From Eledone cirrhosa (taxonomy: Eukaryota): a stretch of 64,000 nt of DNA. Below, piece by piece: positions 1-13,800 of the stretch. The translations under genes were made by a program, and so were the position numbers. The notes beneath the pieces were generated by a model. The model worked only from the letters and a program-made list of their open reading frames with translations, searched no databases and had not been told where the DNA came from. The stretch lies in NCBI GenBank assembly GCA_964016885.1, contig OZ024749.1, positions 20,088,001-20,152,000 of the forward strand, in the 5' to 3' direction. The first letter of the stretch is position 1. Each line of letters opens with the position of its first letter.

Positions 1-59
1 AAATTTCGTTTTTAAATATAAAAACTGGAATAAAGTAGGTATTAATATTTGATGTGAAA

Positions 60-250
60 CTGTATTTGGTAATACTTTAATGTATGTGTGCGTATATATA
101 TATATACACATACACATGCACACACATATATATATATATATATAGATATATCTGTGTGCGTATGTGTATATATATGTATACACATACACACACATATATA
201 TACACATATGCACACACTCGTATTCACACACATATATATATATATATTTT
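60..250. repeat. (TA)n/(CA)n microsatellite mosaic; similar tracts at about 14965-15475, 16680-17720, 34740-36030 and 59955-60300
   Basis: Visible dinucleotide runs; the ORFs over them are YI/HT/CV low-complexity artefacts. Confidence 0.95.
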
Positions 251-509
251 ATAGTATTCATCATAAAAGCTACCACATCAAAGGATTTTGAAATATTTAT
301 ATAGCCGAAGCTGTTTGTTTTGATCCAGATTGACAACAAGATATAAAGCTTTACACCAGAGACTTCCAAATTCTTCATATTGGTGAAGCATTGTCACCAT
401 CATAATCATCAGCATCATCATCATCATGTTTCCACCTTCCATGCTGGTATGGGTTGGACATGTTGTCAAATAACTGGATAACTACATCTCAGCATGCGTG
501 AATTTTATC

Positions 510-1530
510 ATTGTACCAGCACAACTACTTTACAGAGTGTACTGGCTGTGTTGTATCATGACACCACTACTGCTTTACAGAGTGAACTGGGTGTATTATA
601 TTGTCATACCACCACTACTACTTTACAGAGTGGACTGGGTGTATTATATTGTCGTACCACCACTACTACTTTACAGAGTGGACTGGGTGTATTATATTGT
701 CGTACCAGCACAACTACTTTACAGAGTGGACTGGGTGTATTATATTGTCGTACCAGCACTACTACTTTACAGAGTGTACTGTACTGGCTGTGTTGTATCA
801 TGACACCACCACTACTACTTTACAGAGTGGACTGGGTGTATTATATTGTCGTACCAGCACAACTACTTTACAGAGTGTACTGTACTGGCTGTGTTGTATC
901 ATGACACCACCACTACTACTTTACAGAGTGGACTGGGTGTATTATATTGTCGTACCAGCACAACTACTTTACAGAGTGTACTGTACTGGCTGTGTTGTAT
1001 CATGACACCACCACTACTACTTTACAGAGTGGACTGGGTGTATTATATTGTCGTACTAGCACAACTACTTTACAGAGTGTACTGGGTGTATTATATTGTC
1101 GTACCACCACTGCCACTTTACAAAGTGTACTGGGTGTGTTGTATCATGGCACCCCCACCACCAATTTATAGAGTGGACTGGGTGTATTTTATCATGATAC
1201 CAACACTGTCACTTTACAGAGTGTACTGGGTACATTTTATCACAGCACCACCACTACCAATTTACAGAGTGTATTGGGTTACTTTACAGAGTGTACTGGA
1301 TGTATTTTATTGTGACACCAGCACTATCACTTTACAGAGTGTACTGGGTGTATTTTATTGTGGCACCAACACTACCACATTACAGAGTGTACAGGGTGTA
1401 TTGTATCATGACACCAACACTACCACATTACAGAGTGTACAGGGTGTATTGTATCATGACACCAGTACTACCACTTTACAGAGTGTACTGGGTGTGTTTT
1501 GTCAAGGCACCAACACTACCATTTTAGAGT
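510..1530. repeat. 48-bp minisatellite derived from an RTE/SINE 3' UTR segment
   Basis: Unit actttacagagtggactgggtgtattatattgtcgtaccagcacaact resembles the RTE 3' UTR ccactttacagtgcgggctgggtgc...gtggcacc (about 19243-19290). It is preceded by an RTE-type tail, (CAT)n...ccatgctggtatgggttggac (about 405-460). Confidence 0.85.
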
Positions 1531-1679
1531 ATATTACTGCACATAAATATCAAAGACATCTAAATTTTCATGAAGTTTTTCAGAAACGTTGATACCTCAT
1601 GAATTTGTGGTCACAAGTATTTTTATTCTGCAAAATCTTAGGTCAACCTTTAATTGTGGCTGATGAGGTTTTATATGTT

Positions 1680-1862
1680 TGGATTGGCAGTATTGGTAGA
1701 GGCTCGGACGCTATCCTTTGCGGCAAAGAGTAACGGCTCTTTATGGTCTGAGTTCAAATCCTGCCGAGGTTAACTTTGCCTTTCATCCTTACGGGGTCGA
1801 TAAAATAAAGTACGAGTAATGTACTGGGTAATTGCTGGCCTTGTGCCAAAAGTAGAAACAAT
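1680..1862 (+). mobile_element. tRNA-derived SINE (family S1); degraded second copy at about 1893-2010
   Basis: A-box-like tggcagtattggtag, B-box gagttcaaatcc, and central gcctttcatccttacggggtcgataaaataaagtac (resembles the Meta-SINE domain, from memory). More than 12 copies in the window. Confidence 0.85.
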
Positions 1863-2277
1863 TTTAATAATCAATATTATTATATTGGCAAGGGTGGTGG
1901 ATTGACAGAATCGGTAGAGCATCGGGCAACATGCTTAGCAGCATAAAATTACAGCCCTTTACATTCTGAGTTCAAATTTGGCTGAGGTTAGCTTTAATTT
2001 TCATTCTGTCAGCCAGGCACACAAGAAGAAGGATGTGTTTTTTAGCTACGGCATATCATAAAATCGGATTTTCATCTGAAGATGCTGTTCCCATACCAAC
2101 AACAAATGTATAAGTTACATCATGGATTGCATAAGGGAACCGTTGAAATAATTATTATGGATTTATGTAACGTCAGCATTTATTCTTATACCGATTCTCC
2201 GTCGTAATTACAAGCTACAATTGTAGAGAGCTTTCTCTTGCTTACTCCTGTTTTTACCAAAACAACTTCTACTGAAC

Positions 2278-2316
<39 letters not shown>

Positions 2317-2715
2317 ACAAATGTGTTCTTAATTATGAAAACTTTATATATATATATATATATACATAACTCTAAACATATACATATCTTTATACTCACA
2401 AATATGTGTTTCATTATAAATAGATTAGTTATATAATTCAATTTTTATCATATTCACACACGGATATGTAATTACATATGTGTGCATATAAGTTAATAGA
2501 ACTTCCTTATATCTTAATGTATATGGTGATGATGATGGTGATTATATACACATATGTGTGTGTGTGTACACGCAAAAACATATGCACACATGTATGTACT
2601 CACACAAAAACATTTATACACACACATCTATATATGTATATGTACACACACACATACACACATAATCACAGTAGCACTAACATAACATGGTTCATAATAT
2701 TAGTGTACATGGAGA

Positions 2716-2716
<1 letters not shown>

Positions 2717-2748
<32 letters not shown>

Positions 2749-4290
2749 TTTACGTCCGCTTTTCCCTGCTTGCAAGGGTGGGACGGGTCTTATTCAGCAC
2801 AGCATCTCTCCACTTGTCACGGTCCCTTGTCATCCCCACCGTAAGCTTCAATGATCTGAGGTCTGTTCTCACCACCTCCGCCCATGTTTTTCGTGGTCTA
2901 CCTCTACCACGTCTTCCTTCAACTGGCATTTCCTGGCACTTCTTCACCCATCGGTCATCCTCCATGCGCATCACATGTCCATACCACCTCAGTCTCCTCT
3001 CCCATACACTACATTCTATCCCTCTCAGACACAGTTTCTCTCTCAACACATTTATGCTGGGTCGTTCACGCACATTTACACTGCACATCCAACGGAGCAT
3101 GCTTGCCTCATTTCTCTCCAGCCGTCGCATATCCTCTGCAGTTGCTGCCCATGTCTCACTACCATGTAGCATCGCGCTCCTCACACAGGCATCATACAAC
3201 CGGCCTTTCGTACGCAGGGAGAAACCCTTCTTCGTCAACAGAGGAAGCAGCTCCCTAAACTTCTTCCACCACTTCTATAGTGCCCTCCTGCATTTGAAAA
3301 ATGTGTCTATCAATGCGACTTCTACTGTCTAATTTCCCTGTACATCTACTGCATACATATTTCTCCCTACCTGTTAGTTTGCCTGCTATCCCGCTACATC
3401 TCTTGTGTACCCAGGATCTGCATTGTGTGCATTTTATAGAATTTATGCCAGTTCCTTTTCTGCATATTGAACATGGCCATTTCCCTGAAGGAATCAGAGT
3501 TTTGTCCTCTTTTCTACTCATCAACACTTTTGTCTTAGCTAGGTTCACTCTCAGTCCTCTTGCTTCCAACTGCTGTTTCCATAGCCAGAATTTATTCTCT
3601 AGCTCCTCTACTGATTCTGCTATAAGAACCAGATCGTCAGCATAGAGAAGTTCCCATGGACAGCCAGTCTTAAACTCCTCTGTTATGGCTTGGAGGACTA
3701 TAATGAACAAGAGCGGGCTGAGGACCGAACCTTGATGTACTCCTACTTGTATCTGGAATTCCTCACTAAGCTCCATTCCTACCCTGACTTTACTGAGAGT
3801 ACCTCTGTACAAAGCTTGCACTGTCCTCACAAGCCATTCCTCAACACCTAGCTTCCTTAGGGACCACCAGATGAAAGAACCGGGTACCCTATCAAAGGCT
3901 AAGTACAGTGGCTTATTTTTCTCTAAGAACCTCTCTTGCAATTGTCTCACCAAGAAGAGGGCATCTGTTGTATTCTTCCCAGGCACAAAACCAAACTGCA
4001 TCTCATCTAGTTTGACCCTTTCTCTAATTAGTTGTGCTAAAATCTTTTCTGCCACTTTCATAACCTGATCCATCAGTTTTATACCCCTATAATTGCTCCT
4101 TTCCAGAGCATCCCCTTTACCTTTGTAGCAATTTATGAGAATACTGCTGCACCAGTCTTTGGGTATGACACCACCATATATAGCCTGATTGATGATGCGT
4201 GCAACCAGTTTAGTGCCTACGTCCCCTGATGCCTTCAGCATCTCAGCAACTATTGCTGATGGTCCAGCAGCCTTACCATTTTTTATTTCC
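2717..4290 (-). mobile_element. 5'-truncated RTE LINE (subfamily A), disrupted
   Basis: ORFs 3255-4241 (GVHQGSVLSPLLF, YADD, PHD) and 2750-3238 (RRLRWYGHVMRM...GRPRKTW). A small deletion removes the FxYLG motif. The stop sits directly before the (GAT)n tail. Confidence 0.93.
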
Positions 4291-4407
4291 CTGAGACATA
4301 TATAATATATATGCTTTATATATTATATATGATGGTGGTAGTGCCCCAGCATGGCCTCACCCTCTCGGCTGGAATGCAAATAGATAAATAAATATAATGT
4401 ATATATA

Positions 4408-4660
4408 ATTGTTTCTACTTTTGGCACAAGTCCAGCAATTACCCCAATGCATTACTGGTGCTTTATTTTATCAACCCCGTAAGGATGAAAGGGAAAGCTA
4501 ACTTCGGCAGGATTTGAACCCACAATTTAAAGGGCCAGAACTCTCTATATAATATATATATAACTGTTTCTACTTTTGGCACAAGGCCAGCAATTATATC
4601 AGTGAATTACTGGTGCTTCGTTTTACCGAACCCTTAAGGACGAAAGGGAAAGTTAACCTC
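4408..4660 (-). mobile_element. Two partial S1 SINE copies
   Basis: Reverse complement of ...ggccttgtgccaaaagtagaaac and the central domain, twice. Confidence 0.75.
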
Positions 4661-4877
4661 TACGCATGGACAATGACTGATGGATGAAGAAATGCCAGGA
4701 AATCCCAGTAGAGGATGACCATCAAAGATCTTGGCAGAGATTGTGAGAGCTGACCTCAAATCGCTCAGACTGGCAGAGGAGATGACGAAGGACTGTGACA
4801 AGATGGAAAGATGCTGTGCTGAGAAGGACCTATCCAACCCATGCAAACATGGGAAAGGGGACGTAAAAACGATAATG
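4661..4877 (+). mobile_element. Degraded RTE 3' fragment
   Basis: tggatgaagaaatgccaggaaatcccagtagagg parallels WVKKCQEMPVEG; ends ccaacccatgcaaacatggg...ggacgtaaaa. Confidence 0.75.
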
Positions 4878-4989
4878 TATGCATTATATATAACAAGTTA
4901 AGGGCCGAACCACTTGCTTGAGAGGGGTTTCTTTTCTGAAGACCTATTGCCCTGCTCTCCTGAGAGTTTCTTACCACTATATATGCTTT

Positions 4990-5214
4990 GACCCATTAGT
5001 ATTTACATTACTCTATAGATACTATTGTATTTTTGCAGTAAAGGTTTTCTCTCACGTAATTAGCTCACATAATATCAAATCTGAGATTTTGATATTATTT
5101 ATTTTGAGAAAAATACTTCAATGTCAGTATGAGCAGCCAGTTACAGCCAGTTTGAACAGAAAGAGGTGAGAGAATTCGAGCTGGATATGGCTGGTTTAAA
5201 TGCTAAAGGGTTAA
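4990..5214 (-). mobile_element. End of a non-autonomous piggyBac-like (TTAA|CCC) element
   Basis: Terminus reads TTAA-CCCTTTAGCATTTAAAC on the - strand. The same terminus occurs at about 45447 and 52794, and the body aligns with 52794-52980. Confidence 0.6.
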
Positions 5215-5505
5215 ATATAATATATATGCTTTACATATGTAAATATTTTATACATAATATAAAGGTGAGTCTGTACATTTTAATTTACCTTTTTAATTAT
5301 TATGTATTTTCCACACGTTTCGTAGACTTTATGCTTTTCACTCTAGTGGTTCTCTACCCCTCATAATTCAAAACATGCCCTTTTGTATTTTCTTCTCTAT
5401 ATACTGTATTATGAAGAGCCCGGTATTTATTCCTTGAGATCATTAAATTACAGGGGGTTAACGCGAGCCTTTAACTCCGTTTTTCATTTGATATATATAT
5501 ATATA

Positions 5506-5612
5506 TCTACTATATAAATGGCAATTTCTGTCTGTCTGTGTGTTACCAGTTGGCGTCTAAACCATTCATCCGATCCTGATGAAACTTTACACACATGTTA
5601 AGCTAATATTCA
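5506..5612 (+). mobile_element. Non-autonomous Helitron-like 5' end
   Basis: A|TCTACTATATAAA start, then (ctgt)n, then aaaccattcatccgat..tgaaactttacaca, a typical invertebrate Helitron/DINE-like 5' block. Confidence 0.55.
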
Positions 5613-6579
5613 GCAATGGAGACTTCTGGTGTCCTTGGCTCTAGGGCTACCTCCCAACTCACCACCATTGGCACAGTTTTGACTGCCTGCTGGGGTGAGT
5701 CACGCAAGCCGGAATGAATTTTCCCTCACCATCCTCTATCCTGACCGCTGCGGCTGCTGAGTGGCCATTGTTTGGGGTGCCATTTGTTCATAATAGTGGA
5801 TGATGGGGAGATCGGAAGAGATGGAGGCAGTGACAGTGGGAGTTTGATTCCTGGTGTATATGTATATATTTACCACACTTATACACATTTAAATAAACTT
5901 TCCTGAATTACAGAAATGAGTAAGTAAATTCTTCATTCATTCATAAACCAATGGTAAATTTTTATTTTATTTTATTTATGTTTTTTAAAATAGCCTTCTC
6001 ATTTTGTTTGAATTTCAGAGGTTCTGATTGGGCAAAAAAAAAAAAGGATAAATAAAATCTAAATTTATTTTTTCGGTCATGTCCTTTTCACTAACAACAT
6101 ACCTAATGATTCTTCCAAGTGCAAAGCATTATATATGCTGACTGTAATAGGGAGCAGTATGAAAAAAGTCACCACTGGACAAAACTAATAATATTTTTGT
6201 CTACATGATTTGTTTTAAACAAACGGCAATAAATATTCTGCTATAATTCCTAAAAGAATATAAATAATATATATATATATATATGTATATGTGTATATAT
6301 ATACATATGTACATACTCATAGATATATATGTGTGTATACATACATATATATATAATGTGAGTGTGTGTGTCTGTGTTTATATAACACCATATCACACTA
6401 CACTACACTATACCACACCACACCAACCTATACCACACCACACCACACTATACCCCACCACACCACACTATACCACACCACACCACACTATACCACACTA
6501 CACCACACCGCACCCAGCATCCAAGCCCTCATTCTATTCTCCCAAACTGCAAGTGTCCCCCCCCCACTCTCTCTCTCTC

Positions 6580-6612
<33 letters not shown>

Positions 6613-6616
<4 letters not shown>

Positions 6617-8940
6617 ATAATAAATTTGAAGACTAAAATCCAAAGAGGGCTCGATAAGGATAAATATATATCAAATATATAAGAACCGTAGAGCAAATAT
6701 TTATTAAAATAACAGATTAAAGTTTAAGCAAAGAATCGCTGCTTTCACCCTTAACGGGATCTTCTGAAACTAACAATGTCAATCTGTAAACGCAGAACTG
6801 GATATTTCAAAAACGTTGAAACCGGAGGAAGACAGGAAGACGATACTTTCGTTCGTGGAAACGTTCCCTGGCAAAGAACGGGAAAAGACGAATATAATAC
6901 GTCATTAATAGGAGCGGTGAAAAACAATTACGCGCAAAGACAGAACCACGTTTATGGTATAAAAGAGGTCGTAGACTAATGTTCTCTGAGGTGGTTCATA
7001 GAGACATTCTCTGGCAATGAACGAAAAAAACGAAGATAATACGTCATATGTGGAGCGTGGAGAACAATTGCACGCAAAGACAAAACCACGTAAATGGTAT
7101 AGCAGAAGTTGTAGACTAAAATTCTAACTAGGAGACCGAATGAATCTCCGCTTCAGAGTTAAGAATAAAGTAAATAAATACAATACAGAGGTAATAGAAA
7201 TTAAATAAATACATACGCACATACAAATACGTACATACACAAGCATACGCGAAAACACTTACCATAGGTATACGAAACCACGCACATATAAATATGTGTG
7301 TGTGTGCGTGTATACAAATAAATAAATAATTAAATAAACGTATATAAATAAATAAATACGTATATAACAAGCACACACACATACCTACATGTAAATACAC
7401 AAATGTTCGGAGACGTAAGTCAACCAAACCATGAAGTACACATATACACACACCCTACATACGTACGAACCTGCATACTCACACAGACGCAAAACTCCCG
7501 TATACACATAACCAAACCATATGTACCAGAATATATAAAAATTATACGCCATAACATATATAATCAAATATACGTACGAGAAAGTATACGTACCTTCACA
7601 AAACATACAGGTAATATATACTTACCTATGCAAATAAGTAATGGTATAAACAAAACATATACTTAGCTACCACCTCAAGATGTAAAATATCCACGTATAA
7701 ATCGTACTATCCGTTAGGGTATAATGTGGGGCTGTAATACAGGAAAGTTTTGTGCAATTTATGTTTACAAGCCGAAATTGCCTCAGATTTTTTTGTTTAA
7801 GATGTGGTCTGTGGCGTAGAGTATTTCCAGGGCCTGAGCGGCGCAGAGGTCACATGGTCTTTTGTTTCCGTTATACGATCTAGCCCTAGCTAGGATCACC
7901 CAGTGTAACTTATATTGGGTGTGGTTGTCTTTTAGACTCCAGATATAAGCTGAAAGTGACGTCATATTCCTTCTTAGAGGGTAATAAAAAGAATGGGTAT
8001 GCATGTAAAGACGCTGCTTGAATCTATTGGCGGTTAACCCTATGTAGGCCCTACGGGACGTGGGTGTTTCAACCTTACATTTGTAGACAATGTTACTAGA
8101 GAGGCATTTCCCGGATAGCGGGCAATCAACCCGATTCCTACAATTACAGTTAGTACTAACTACAGGGTTGCACGTGTTCCTATGGCTAGGTAGTTTAGCT
8201 AAATTTGAAGCTGTGATGTTATGTGCAAGGTTAGGAGTCGTAGAGTAAGAAATTTTAATAGTATTTCTATTAAAAATTTTACTATATTTATGTGTAGAGG
8301 AAAAATGCTTCATAATAAGGAAAAGAAAGATCAAGCTAATGGTGTGGCCACCTCCATATTATATGGTGGGTTATACCAACAAATGCGACGGAATTTATTT
8401 TTTCTAGGTCTATTTTTGTACTCTGTATATGCTACCTTATCGTCAAATCCACTCTGAGCAAGAGCTTCATTGTAATAAGTGGAATGATCATTGAAAATAT
8501 GCTCGTTAGTAGATAGACGGGAAAGCCTCAACGAAACGTTTCTAACCAGGTGCTTGGTTATGCTGGCAGGATGGTTGGAATGCTTACTTATGTAATTAAG
8601 CGTATCATTCGGCTTTCTATACGGGTAATACAACCCATTCGATAAATTGAGGGTAACGTCAAGGTAATTAACGACCGAGAGATTGGCCTCAACCTGTATA
8701 GAGAGGTTGAAGCCTTTAAAGAAGGCTGTGTGTTCTTTTCGGAACCTGTCGCAAGCGCGAGGTCCGCACTTAATCATGGTCAAAAGACCATCATCACGGT
8801 ACAAACCACCGCCTGCGTTGGGGAATTCGTCCTTGATAGAGAAAAGAAGGAACAGGCCGATAAGATCAGTAACCTCCGCAGAATTGCTGGCAAAGCAGCG
8901 ATTCTTTGCTTAAACTTTAATCTGTTATTTTAATAAATAT
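6613..8940 (-). mobile_element. 5'-truncated Penelope-like element (RT + GIY-YIG), probably Hydra-type clade
   Basis: RT AEVTDLIG...GLYRDDG, YLDVTL and ICWYNPPY (8331-8880). After a frameshift: linker CNCRNRVDC (CxCx5C) and GIY-YIG IVYKC...AYIGLT..FKQR (7783-8334). Long 3' UTR and (TA)n on both flanks. Confidence 0.9.
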
Positions 8941-8955
8941 ATATATATATATATA

Positions 8956-9042
<87 letters not shown>

Positions 9043-9536
9043 TCTCTCTATACATATATATATATATCTGTTGATACTCTAGACAAAGGCTGTGATAACA
9101 GTTCTGGTTTGTAGGAGGGAGGGAGGAGAAATAAAAGGGGAATACCTTCCCTCATTCATACATATTCACACACACACATACATACATACATACTCACACA
9201 CACACATACATACTCACACACACATACACACCTCACAATCTCCATCACACATACATGTAGAACACATTGTACACACACAGACATACAAACCCACACATGC
9301 TCATACATACACAAACCTACAACTCTCTCACACATATACAAGGACACATTATATGCACATAGACATATACACACACTCATACACACACAGACACACATAC
9401 ACACAGACATACATACATGTGACTTCATCAGATGCTCATGCAATCATAGGTGTAGTTATACAATCATGGAGATAAGTTGCTGGTCATGTATTTACCTTCC
9501 AGTTGTGATGCCAGCTAACAACAACTTCTGCTGGCA

Positions 9537-10530
9537 TTGATATTGGTGATTGTGATGATGATGATGATGATGGTGATGATGGTGATGGTGATGGTGGTAT
9601 TTATGATGTTCATATTTTTGATGATGATGATGATGACGGTGATGATGATGATGATGAGGAGGAGGAGGAGGATGGTGATGATGGTGACAATGATGGTCTT
9701 CTGGTGTATAAGGTTGTTGTCGTTGGCCTGATCCAGATCAGAGATCAGTTTCCAGGGTCCCGCCACGAGGAGGTCGACAACCCCCCCCCCCCCCCCTCCC
9801 ACCACCACCACCACGATGATGATGGAGGTGATGGTGATGGTGATGGTGGTGATGATTATGGCAACGGTGATGATGATGGTGGTGATGGTCATGTCAGTGA
9901 TGATTATGGTGATGATGGTGATGGTGATAATGGTGGTGATGGTGATGGTGATGGTGATGGTGGTGGTGATGGTGATGGTGACGGTGATGGTGATGGTGAT
10001 GGTGATGGTGATTATGGTGATGGTAGTGGTGGTGATGGTGATGGCAATGATGATTTTGGTCACGATAGTGATGGTGATAATGATGGTGATGGTGATGGTG
10101 ATAATGGTGATGATGGTGATAATGGTGGTGATGGTGATGGTGATGATGATTATGGTGATGATAGTGATGGTGATAATGATGGTGATGGCGATGATGATTA
10201 TGGTGATGATGGTGATGGTGATAATGGTGGTGATGGTGATGGCGATGATGATTATGGTGATGATAGTGATGGTGATGGTGATGGGAATGATGATTATGGT
10301 GATGATAGTGATGGTGATGGTGGTGGTGATGGTGATGGCGATGATGATTATGGTGATGATTATGGTGATGATGGTGATAGTGATGGTGGTGGTGATGGTG
10401 ATGGCGATGATGATTATGGTGATGATAGTGATGGTGATGGTGATAATGATGGTGATGGTGATGATGGTGATAATGGTGGTGATGTTGATGGGAATGATGA
10501 TTATGGTGATGATAGTGATGGTGATAATGT
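9537..10530. repeat. (GAT/GGT)n trinucleotide array
   Basis: Visible; produces artefactual poly-I/T, D/G, M/V and H ORFs. Confidence 0.95.
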
Positions 10531-10679
10531 CCCACTTGAGGCAAGGCTGGTCGGGTGACCGTGTCTCACTCATATAGGACTATCTGGCAGGTTTTCTACG
10601 GCTGGATACCCTTCCTAACACCAACCACATTTACAGTGTGGATCTGGGAACTTTTTACTATGTTACCTACACGGCCACA

Positions 10680-10846
10680 CAGGGCCGTCTTAACAGCATT
10701 ATAGCCCCCCCCCCCCCCCCCGCCCCCGGGCAAAGCAGAGCACTGGGGTCCCTACCACGCACAGGAATAAAAATACTAATGGGCCCTCTATCCTCGTGGG
10801 GACCCCGGGCAACTGCACAGCATGCCCATGTGTTAAGACGGCCCTG
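10680..10846. mobile_element. 167-bp hAT-type MITE
   Basis: Perfect 16-bp TIR CAGGGCCGTCTTAACA / TGTTAAGACGGCCCTG; 8-bp TSD CGGCCACA at 10672-10679 and 10847-10854. Confidence 0.92.
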
Positions 10847-13800
10847 CGGCCACATTACAGCGTGGACTGTGTGTTTTTTTGTCGTGACACCTACATGGCC
10901 ACATTACAGCGTGGACTGTGTGTTTTTTTGTCATGACACCTACATGGCCACATTACAGCGTGGACTGTGTGTTTTTTTGTCGTGACACACCTACATGGCC
11001 ACATAACAGCGTGGACTGTGTGTTTTTTTGTCGTGACACACCTACATGGCCACATTACAGCGTGGACTGTGTGTTTTTTTGTCGTGACACACCTACATGG
11101 CCACATTACAGCGTGGACTGTGTGTTTTTTTGTCATGACACCTACATGGCCACATTACAGCGTGGACTGTGTGTTTTTTTGTCGTGACACACCTACATGG
11201 CCACATTACAGCGTGGACTGTGTGTTTTTTTGTCATGACACCTACATGGCCACATTACAGCGTGGACTGTGTGTTTTTTTGTCGTGACACACCTACATGG
11301 CCACATTACAGCGTGGACTGTGTGTTTTTTTGTCATGACACCTACATGGCCACATTACAGCGTGGACTGTGTGTTTTTTTGTCATGACACCTACATGGCC
11401 ACATAACAGCGTGGACTGTGTGTTTTTTTGTCATGACACCTACATGGCCACATTACAGCGTGGACTGTGTGTTTTTTTGTCGTGACACACCTACATGGCC
11501 ACATTACAGCGTGGACTGTGTGTTTTTTTGTCATGACACACCTACATGGCCACACTACAGAGTGGACTGTGTGTTTTTTTGTCGTGACACACCTACATGG
11601 CCACATTACAGCGTGCACTGTGTGTTTTTTTGTCGTGACACCTACATGGCCACATAACAGCGTGGACTGTGTGTTTTTTTGTCGTGACACACCTACATGG
11701 CCACATTACAGCGTGGACTGTGTGTTTTTTTGTCGTGACACACCTACATGGCCACATTACAGCGTGGAGTGTGTTTTTTTGTCGTGACACCTACATGGCC
11801 ACATAACAGCGTGGACTGTGTGTTTTTTTGTCATGACACCTACATGGCCACATTACAGAGTGGACTGTGTGTTTTTTTGTCATGACACCTACATGGCCAC
11901 ATAACAGCGTGGACTGTGTGTTTTTTTGTCGTGACACTTACATGGCCACATTACAGAGTGGACTGTGTGTTTTTTTGTCGTGACACACCTACATGGCCAC
12001 ATAACAGCGTGGACTGTGTGTTTTTTTGTTGTGACACCTACATGGCCACATAACAGCGTGGACTGTGTGTTTTTTTGTCATGACACCTACATGGCCACAT
12101 TACAGAGTGGACTGTGTGTTTTTTTGTAGTGACACACCTACATGGCCACATTACAGAGTGGACTGTGTGTTTTTTTGTCGTGACACACCTACATGGCCAC
12201 ATTACAGCATGGACTGTGTGTTTTTTTGTTGTGACACCTACATGGCCACATTACAGAGTGGACTGTGTGTTTTTTTGTCGTGACACACTTACATGGCCAC
12301 ATTACAGCATGGACTGTGTGTTTTTTTGTTGTGACACCTACATGGCCACATTACAGCGTGGACTGTGTGTTTTTTTGTCATGACACCTACATGGCCACAT
12401 TATAGAGTGGACAGTGTGTTTTTTTGTCGTGACACCTACATGGCCACATTACAGAGTGGACTGTGTGTTTTTTTGTCGTGACACACCTACATGGCCACAT
12501 TACAGCGTAGACTGTGTGTTTTTTTGTTGTGACACCTACATGGCCACAATACAGCATGGACTGTGTGTTTTTTTGTCGTGACACCTACATGGCCACATAA
12601 CACCGTGGACTGTGTGTTTTTTTGTCATGACACCTACATGGCCACATTACAGAGTGGACTGTGTGTTTTTTTGTTGTGACACACCTACATGGCCACATTA
12701 CAGCATGGACTGTGTGTTTTTTTTGTCGTGACACCTACATGGCCACATTACAGAGTGGACTGTGTGTTTTTTTGTCATGACACCTACATGGCCACATAAC
12801 AGCGTGGACTGTGTGTTTTTTTGTCATGACACCTACATGGCCACATTACAGCGTGGACTGTGTGTTTTTTTGTCGTGACACACCTACATGGCCACATTAC
12901 AGCGTGGACTGTGTGTTTTTTTGTCATGACACACCTACATGGCCACACTACAGAGTGGACTGTGTGTTTTTTTGTCGTGACACACCTACATGGCCACATT
13001 ACAGCGTGGACTGTGTGTTTTTTTGTCGTGACACCTACATGGCCACATAACAGCGTGGACTGTGTGTTTTTTTGTCGTGACACACCTACATGGCCACATT
13101 ACAGCGTGGACTGTGTGTTTTTTTGTCGTGACACACCTACATGGCCACATTACAGCGTGGAGTGTGTTTTTTTGTCGTGACACCTACATGGCCACATAAC
13201 AGCGTGGACTGTGTGTTTTTTTGTCATGACACCTACATGGCCACATTACAGAGTGGACTGTGTGTTTTTTTGTCATGACACCTACATGGCCACATAACAG
13301 CGTGGACTGTGTGTTTTTTTGTCGTGACACTTACATGGCCACATTACAGAGTGGACTGTGTGTTTTTTTGTCGTGACACACCTACATGGCCACATAACAG
13401 CGTGGACTGTGTGTTTTTTTGTCGTGACACACCTACATGGCCACATTACAGCATGGACTGTGTGTTTTTTTGTTGTGACACCTACATGGCCACATTACAG
13501 AGTGGACTGTGTGTTTTTTTGTCGTGACACACTTACATGGCCACATTACAGCATGGACTGTGTGTTTTTTTGTTGTGACACCTACATGGCCACATTACAG
13601 CGTGGACTGTGTGTTTTTTTGTCATGACACCTACATGGCCACATTATAGAGTGGACAGTGTGTTTTTTTGTCGTGACACCTACATGGCCACATTACAGAG
13701 TGGACTGTGTGTTTTTTTGTCGTGACACACCTACATGGCCACATTACAGCGTAGACTGTGTGTTTTTTTGTTGTGACACCTACATGGCCACAATACAGCA

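Noticed and set aside
1680-1770. tRNA genes at A/B-box sites
   Set aside because: No cloverleaf; they are heads of multi-copy SINEs.
2068-2115. Degenerate HHR-like strings at about 2077, 5410, 29200 and 60867
   Set aside because: Core nucleotides or GAAA are missing, so they cannot be supported.
5570-5600. CTGATGAAAC at about 5577 and 15787 as hammerhead cores
   Set aside because: No stem II or separate GAAA; part of Helitron-like sequence.
9515-10577. Long poly-His, Asp/Gly and Ile/Thr ORFs, and a possible - strand donor near 9497
   Set aside because: Trinucleotide repeat; the short unique island gives no recognisable protein.
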